Made by a program: the position numbers and the translations under genes. The notes beneath the pieces were generated by a model. The model ran no database searches, was not told the origin of the DNA, and saw nothing but the letters and a program-made list of their open reading frames with translations. From positions 1 to 28,905 of the forward strand of contig DATIQS010000227.1 of NCBI GenBank assembly GCA_035470605.1: a stretch of DNA of 28,905 nucleotides, given 5' to 3'. Shown piece after piece: positions 23,715 to 28,905 of this stretch; the stretch's first letter is position 1; each line of letters begins with the position of its first letter. This DNA is from Fibrobacteraceae bacterium (lineage in GTDB: Bacteria; Fibrobacterota; Fibrobacteria; Fibrobacterales; Fibrobacteraceae).

Positions 23715-26700
23715 ATGACCGGAGGGAAATCCCGGATAGGACTCATTTGTTTCTCATTGGCTACGGTGCTGATGGGATTTACGTGGGTTTTCTCCCACTG
23801 GATCTATTCTCAATCCATGGAGCTTTATCAATCCCTGGAAGATCAGGAAATTCTTGAGCAAAACAATCATCTAAAGGAACAGCTACAGGAAGAACTGCAC
23901 ACGCTTTCTAACTTGGGCGATCATTGGATTCATAATGGTTTGAAGAAAGCAGGTCAAACTTGGGTGTCCCCTGTAAATTTGAATGACAAATCAAGATTCA
24001 TGGCTCTTTTGGATACCCAGGGCGGCCAAATCTGGAAAACGACCTCCATGCCAAACGGGTTGCTAAGGGAGCCTTGGAGCCACAATCCACGATGGCTCAA
24101 AGAACTACACAAACATACAGAAGGCGTCTTGGCAACAGAACGCGGTTTATTGCTTTTGGCGATCCACCCCGTTCTTCAGGATGGGATGCAAGGTTCTCTA
24201 CTTGTTGGACGTTTTTTGGAGGATACCCACATTCCACTCCGCGAAGGCGAGTCCTCAGCTCACAACCAATCCCTCTCCGTCATTAAAAAAAATGCGGATA
24301 CCTGCCATATTCACATTGCGCAGAAAGATTTATTGGGTACAGATATTTGGCTACACACGGCCATCCAACGAAGCACCTTCTTAAAAGGAGTTGGAGAATC
24401 CAAGCATCTCGCTTGGCTGATTGGTCTTTCATTTGCGTTCTTTGAGTTTCTCCTTCTCCTAGCAATCCTGATTTTTTATAGGCGACGTTGCCAAGAACGA
24501 AAGGAATTTGAAACCCGAGCAGCCGATAGTGCGGCTGATTTGCAGGAAGCGGAGGACCGTTGGCACCAATTGGTGCATTCCGCAGGAAATGGAATTCTAT
24601 GGTTTGATGGACAAGGAAGCATTCTTTATATGAATCCGGCCTGCGAACAAATGTTTGGTCTTGGAATGAATGAGGCCGTTGGTAAAGATTTGCGAGTCCT
24701 ATTCGTGTCTGAGGAGTCAGCACAAAGTCCTCTGTTTCAATCCATTGATAGCGGTATGGCGCATGTGGTATCCGAAGAGGAACTGGGAATCCAAGGTCAT
24801 CCGACGCGCATGGTCTCTTACACGGTAGAGCCTCTGCACCGTCACGACCTAGTGACAGGTGGAGTCGCCATCTTTACAGACATTTCAGAGCGTATCCGTA
24901 TTTTAGCCAACCTGAAGGAAAGTGAAGAGCGTTTTCGGCGTTTTTCCGAGCTGCCGCTGATCGGCACCTGCACCATGTCTCTAGAAGGGAGATTCCTGAC
25001 TGTCAATCAAAAATTATGCGACATCCTAGGTTATCCTGAGGAAATTTTGTGTCAAATCACCTGGATGGAACGCTGCCCACAAGAGGATTTAGATGGGACG
25101 ATGGCTGATTTCCAGGAATTGATCAATGAGGTCGGGAATAATAAAATCGACGTAGTGCACCGATTGCGGCATCGAGCCGGCTCTCTACTGGAGGTTCATA
25201 TCTCGGCAATGCTCCTGCGTGATGCCCAGGGGAATCCCCATCAAATCGTCGCGTTGTTCGAGGATGTTACAGAGCGTTCCCGCTTGGAACGTGTGATGCA
25301 ATTTTCCGTATTCTTGACCCAGTACTCCGAAGCGGAAGGTCCCAAGGCTCTTTTAACCGCGGGGACGACGGAAACGATGCGAATGACCGAAAGCGAGTTG
25401 GCTTTTGCAGGGATTGTCGAGGACGACGGGCGCATTCTGGATCTCCAGGTATTGGCGGGTCCCAACTGGTACGGCATTGAAGCGGGACAACTTGAATTGG
25501 ATGAACGGCGGGAACTCTGGCGCAGTTGCATCCACGGAAGACAGGCAATCTTCTGCAATGATTTCAATAATATGTCCCTCTCTGTCCGTCGCAGCCTCTT
25601 TGATGCAAAAATTCCTTTGAGTCGAGTATTGTTGGTTCCCATTGTGGAACACAATCGGACAGCATTGGTGCTTGGTTTGGCCAATAAGGTTTCTCCCTAC
25701 ACATCCCTGGATGTTCGCGTGGCTGAATTACTAGGCAAACATCTTCGCATCTTATTAAGACGCAAGCAGGCTGAGGATACGGTACGAGAAAACGAACGTC
25801 GCATCCGCTCCATGTTTGAGGCGGTTCAGGCAGGGGTCGTTTTGGTGGATGCGCAAAGTTGTGTCATTATAGATGCCAACCCTCTTGCGGTTACCCTATT
25901 TGGAGGCGTTCGGGATGATCTGGTAGGACATTCCTGTTTAACCTCCCTGTGTTCCAGACAGGTAGGGGGGTGTCCCGCCTGGAATCAAGAAATGGTCAAT
26001 ACGGAGTCAGAACTTGTTCGCAAAGATGGTTCACGCATTCCCATTCTGAAAACGCTCTCTCGTATAGAAATTCAAGGGCATCAATATATTTTAGACAGCT
26101 TCGTGGATATTTCGGAACGGAAGCAATATGAAATACGCCTCAACGCCGCCAAAGATGCGGCAGAAGCGGCCAATCGAGCCAAGTCCAGCTTTCTTGCCAA
26201 CATGAGTCATGAAATCCGGACCCCGTTAAACGGTGTTATCGGCATGAATCAGTTGCTGTTAGATACACGTCTGGATGACGAGCAGAGACGCTTTGCGGAA
26301 ATGGCCCGCAACAGCGCGGAATCCCTGCTTGCATTAATCAATGATGTACTAGATCTATCCAAAATAGAAGCGGAGCGTGTAGTCCTCGAATGGGTAGAAA
26401 TCAATCTTTTGCAAATTCTGGATGAAGTTACTGACCTCTTTCTTGTTGCCGCTCTACGCAAAGGACTCGATTTCAATGTGATTGTCCATCCGGGTGCCAC
26501 TTTACGCTTTCGCGGAGATCCAGCGCGATTGCGTCAGGTGTTAACAAATCTCGTTGGAAACGCGATCAAATTCACCAGCAATGGATTTGTGCGTCTGGAA
26601 TTGCGTCCACTGGATCAATCATCGCAAAATACCTGGTTGCGCTTTAGCGTAGAAGATTCTGGCATTGGAATTTCCCCGGAAAAACAGACTCAGTTATTTC

Positions 26701-27620
26701 AGCCTTTTGTCCAAGAAGATACCTCCACAACGCGAGAGTTTGGAGGGACTGGATTGGGCCTTTCAATCAGTAAGCGTTTAGTGGAACTCATGGAGGGACG
26801 GATCGGCCTGGAAAGCGAAAAAAATGAAGGCTCGCTTTTCTGGTTTGAGATTCCAGTGCAACCGTTGGATTCTCCTCTAGGGCCCGGGCCAGACGCACCT
26901 CATGCCTTTATCACCGGTTTTCCAGAAGAGAAGGCGGATATTTTGGCAAAAGCGCTTTGGCAGGAACATATTCTTGTCACAAGGGACGAGTCAGAACTCA
27001 CATCCTGCACCTACGCGTTCTTCCCTGATGGATTTTCTATCCCCGAACTTCCTGAAAAGATCCAACCGATCAACGTCGGAGCCTTTCAAAATGGAGAACC
27101 AGCGACAGCGACACTTCAGCATCGCCTGACCTGGCCACTACGTTTTTGGGATTTGGCTAGGACCTTAAAACCGAAAAGTCGGAAACAACGATCTCCCCGA
27201 GCTCTTGCAGAAACAAAACCGGTACCAGGCCGCATCTTGCTGGTAGAGGACAACCTAGTGAATCAAAAAGTTGCCTTGGGCCTACTTCGCAAATTGGGCT
27301 GGGAGGCGGATCCTGTGAATAATGGACAAGAAGCCATCGCGGCATTGATGGAAAACACCTATGCTTTGATTTTAATGGATTGTCACATGCCAACCATGGA
27401 TGGATATGAGGCAACCCGAAGAATTCGCAAGGGTGCTGCAGGGGAAGAATCTGCGAAAATCCCCATCATTGCCATGACAGCTAACGCATTAAGCGGAGAT
27501 CGAGAACGCTGCCTTGAATCAGGGATGGATGATTATTTGTCCAAACCAGTCACCAAGGAATCCTTCCGGGTAGCCATTACCAAGTGGCACCAGCAATCCA
27601 GCAAAAACAGTCTGGTTTGA
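23715..27620 (+). CDS. Membrane-bound hybrid sensor histidine kinase (TM-periplasmic-TM-PAS-PAS-GAF-PAS-HisKA-HATPase-REC)
   Basis: Two TM segments and three PAS/PAC-like units plus a GAF. H-box FLANMSHEIRTPLNG, N-box RQVLTNLVGNAIKFT, G boxes DSGIG and GGTGLGL, receiver LVEDN...LILMDCHMPTMDG...KP. Confidence 0.93.
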   Translation: MTGGKSRIGLICFSLATVLMGFTWVFSHWIYSQSMELYQSLEDQEILEQNNHLKEQLQEELHTLSNLGDHWIHNGLKKAGQTWVSPVNLNDKSRFMALLDTQGGQIWKTTSMPNGLLREPWSHNPRWLKELHKHTEGVLATERGLLLLAIHPVLQDGMQGSLLVGRFLEDTHIPLREGESSAHNQSLSVIKKNADTCHIHIAQKDLLGTDIWLHTAIQRSTFLKGVGESKHLAWLIGLSFAFFEFLLLLAILIFYRRRCQERKEFETRAADSAADLQEAEDRWHQLVHSAGNGILWFDGQGSILYMNPACEQMFGLGMNEAVGKDLRVLFVSEESAQSPLFQSIDSGMAHVVSEEELGIQGHPTRMVSYTVEPLHRHDLVTGGVAIFTDISERIRILANLKESEERFRRFSELPLIGTCTMSLEGRFLTVNQKLCDILGYPEEILCQITWMERCPQEDLDGTMADFQELINEVGNNKIDVVHRLRHRAGSLLEVHISAMLLRDAQGNPHQIVALFEDVTERSRLERVMQFSVFLTQYSEAEGPKALLTAGTTETMRMTESELAFAGIVEDDGRILDLQVLAGPNWYGIEAGQLELDERRELWRSCIHGRQAIFCNDFNNMSLSVRRSLFDAKIPLSRVLLVPIVEHNRTALVLGLANKVSPYTSLDVRVAELLGKHLRILLRRKQAEDTVRENERRIRSMFEAVQAGVVLVDAQSCVIIDANPLAVTLFGGVRDDLVGHSCLTSLCSRQVGGCPAWNQEMVNTESELVRKDGSRIPILKTLSRIEIQGHQYILDSFVDISERKQYEIRLNAAKDAAEAANRAKSSFLANMSHEIRTPLNGVIGMNQLLLDTRLDDEQRRFAEMARNSAESLLALINDVLDLSKIEAERVVLEWVEINLLQILDEVTDLFLVAALRKGLDFNVIVHPGATLRFRGDPARLRQVLTNLVGNAIKFTSNGFVRLELRPLDQSSQNTWLRFSVEDSGIGISPEKQTQLFQPFVQEDTSTTREFGGTGLGLSISKRLVELMEGRIGLESEKNEGSLFWFEIPVQPLDSPLGPGPDAPHAFITGFPEEKADILAKALWQEHILVTRDESELTSCTYAFFPDGFSIPELPEKIQPINVGAFQNGEPATATLQHRLTWPLRFWDLARTLKPKSRKQRSPRALAETKPVPGRILLVEDNLVNQKVALGLLRKLGWEADPVNNGQEAIAALMENTYALILMDCHMPTMDGYEATRRIRKGAAGEESAKIPIIAMTANALSGDRERCLESGMDDYLSKPVTKESFRVAITKWHQQSSKNSLV

Positions 27621-27663
27621 ATTCTTGACGGAACTTCTATTGCCGTAGGAAGGCAGAAAGATT

Positions 27664-28095
27664 ATGTTTTTCGCAATGGATGCGCATATTCTCGCGGCCC
27701 GTCTGGCCATCGTAACTTCTGTATTAGCATTGGGATACAGCCTTTTTCATGTGAGCAATGCCTATGCCTTTATCACGAACCAAATCGGACAATTTCAGAA
27801 TATGGTGCATGAGGAACGCCTGATTCCATCCGCAATGAGACGTTTCAATCTAGCCGCGATCCTCATTATGGTCCTCTCCTATGTGGGGATCCTATACTGG
27901 GCTGGCTTGGCTTGGTGGATCTTGGCCATCGTTTTTTGCAAATATCTATTCACAGCTTATGTATCTGACCAAATTCAGGAAAGGGTTCTTCAAGGACAAA
28001 AATATGGAATGACGGATCATTGGTTGGTAAAAACGGATTCCATGGCCAATGTCGCAGTCCTTTCCTTTGTCCTGATGGTCTGTATATGGTCCTGA
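27664..28095 (+). CDS. Hypothetical integral membrane protein (~4 TM)
   Basis: 143-aa ORF with four hydrophobic segments, co-directional and closely spaced with its neighbours. The start could be a nearby ATG. Confidence 0.75.
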   Translation: MFFAMDAHILAARLAIVTSVLALGYSLFHVSNAYAFITNQIGQFQNMVHEERLIPSAMRRFNLAAILIMVLSYVGILYWAGLAWWILAIVFCKYLFTAYVSDQIQERVLQGQKYGMTDHWLVKTDSMANVAVLSFVLMVCIWS

Positions 28096-28637
28096 AACGC
28101 CTGGCGCGAATCCTCGCGTTGGCCCTTTTGTTTTCCATATCAGGGTGGACACAGGGCACCTTCCCTTTCATTATTGGTGGTCAGTTAGAAAGTGGAATCG
28201 GGATCCTTCCCAATGGAAATTCTGGATCGGGGCTCCTACGAGTAACTCCTTTTCTTGGAGCCTGGCTGCAAGGGTTGGGTTATGCGAAAGTGGGTCTTTC
28301 TTATTGGAAATACTCCAAAACAGACGCCCTAGATTCCTCATGGTCTGTCCGGGAACGCGACGTGAGTCTACAGTTGGGAATCTCGTATGGAGCCATCAAT
28401 CGTCCCTATTTCATTGGCTCCTTTACACGGGCGAAGCAATTAAGTGATCTAGGAGACACCGACTGGAATGAGTGGGGACTCGGCCTAGGGGCTTTTTATT
28501 CCCTAGCGACGTCATCCGCTCTTATGTTTGAAGCCGAATACCGCTGGATTACAGACCATTATGATCCAATTCAGGAAAGAGAAACCAGCGGGACTCGAAT
28601 GCAGATGAATCTTGGTTTCGTGGTCTATTTCTATTAG
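28086..28637 (+). CDS. Small outer-membrane beta-barrel protein, 183 aa
   Basis: Signal peptide MVLKRLARILALALLFSISGWTQG, alternating amphipathic strands and a C-terminal BAM-type signature (NLGFVVYFY). Confidence 0.8.
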   Translation: MVLKRLARILALALLFSISGWTQGTFPFIIGGQLESGIGILPNGNSGSGLLRVTPFLGAWLQGLGYAKVGLSYWKYSKTDALDSSWSVRERDVSLQLGISYGAINRPYFIGSFTRAKQLSDLGDTDWNEWGLGLGAFYSLATSSALMFEAEYRWITDHYDPIQERETSGTRMQMNLGFVVYFY

Positions 28638-28875
28638 GGACTCCTAAAATTCCCATTTTTCGCAGCGCAGACGTCGTGACGGAAGCTGCACGACATGATG
28701 CAGAAAATAGGCCATCGTTAGAATCATCAAATTCAAACAAATCCATCCTCAAACTTACTCCAAGTAGGGCTTGCATAAAAATGATTTTACCTAGTATTTA
28801 CAAGGCGTGAGCGGCGAATCATATACTTTTCTGTGCAAAGAAAACCATGACATCAGGAGAAAGTCCTTGCACCAG

Positions 28876-28905
28876 ATGAACGACAAAATCACATCCCGCA
28901 TCCCC
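28876..28905 (+). CDS. Possible start of the next gene (MNDKITSRIP...), truncated by the window edge
   Basis: An ATG with an open frame to the end of the window. A weak TTTACA...TATACT promoter-like pair lies at 28797-28827. Too short to verify. Confidence 0.25.
   Translation, partial: MNDKITSRIP

Noticed and set aside
28854-28866. CAGGAGAAAGTCC, resembling the RNase P RNA GAGGAAAGUCC motif
   Set aside because: The motif is not exact and the flanks do not form P1-P4-like helices. It reads better as an SD-like sequence before the next gene. The window ends before this can be fully excluded.
1-28905. CRISPR array, transposase, integrase, rRNA or prophage genes
   Set aside because: No regularly spaced direct repeats or characteristic motifs were found by reading the sequence and the ORF track.

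Overview
This is a core-genome window from a bacterium of moderate GC. An FCB/Fibrobacterota-like host is inferred from the sigma70 lacking region 1.1 and the gene content; this is not proven. From left to right: (1) a + strand cluster of hemL (5'-truncated by the window), a single-domain CbiX/SirB-type chelatase, a 4-His/4-helix membrane protein, a secreted alpha/beta protein and a ferric-reductase/NOX-like flavocytochrome; (2) a - strand run of topB, sigma70, a TPR membrane protein, a nitrilase-family amidase and clpP-clpX-lon; (3) nrdR-xseA; (4) a - strand run of DJ-1/PfpI, a methyltransferase, a lipoprotein and a truncated GNAT remnant; (5) an LPP20/CsgG-like secreted protein; (6) tRNA-Val(GAC)-thrS-infC-rpmI-rplT; (7) an orphan hybrid histidine kinase, a membrane protein and a small beta-barrel OMP. 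I found no transposase, integrase or CRISPR array. The most unusual signal is non-coding. The intergenic regions at about 7877-8095 (+) and 20149-20329 (-) are diverged homologues of each other: 53/68 identical columns, an exact 16-mer, and two further colinear blocks. Both are predicted to fold, and each lies just upstream of a housekeeping operon. The second copy has the size and rod-like fold of a 6S RNA. They may be two 6S-like paralogues or an undescribed multi-copy RNA/DNA element. The second candidate system is the heme/flavin redox cluster behind hemL. All folds and alignments were done by hand and no database search was run.
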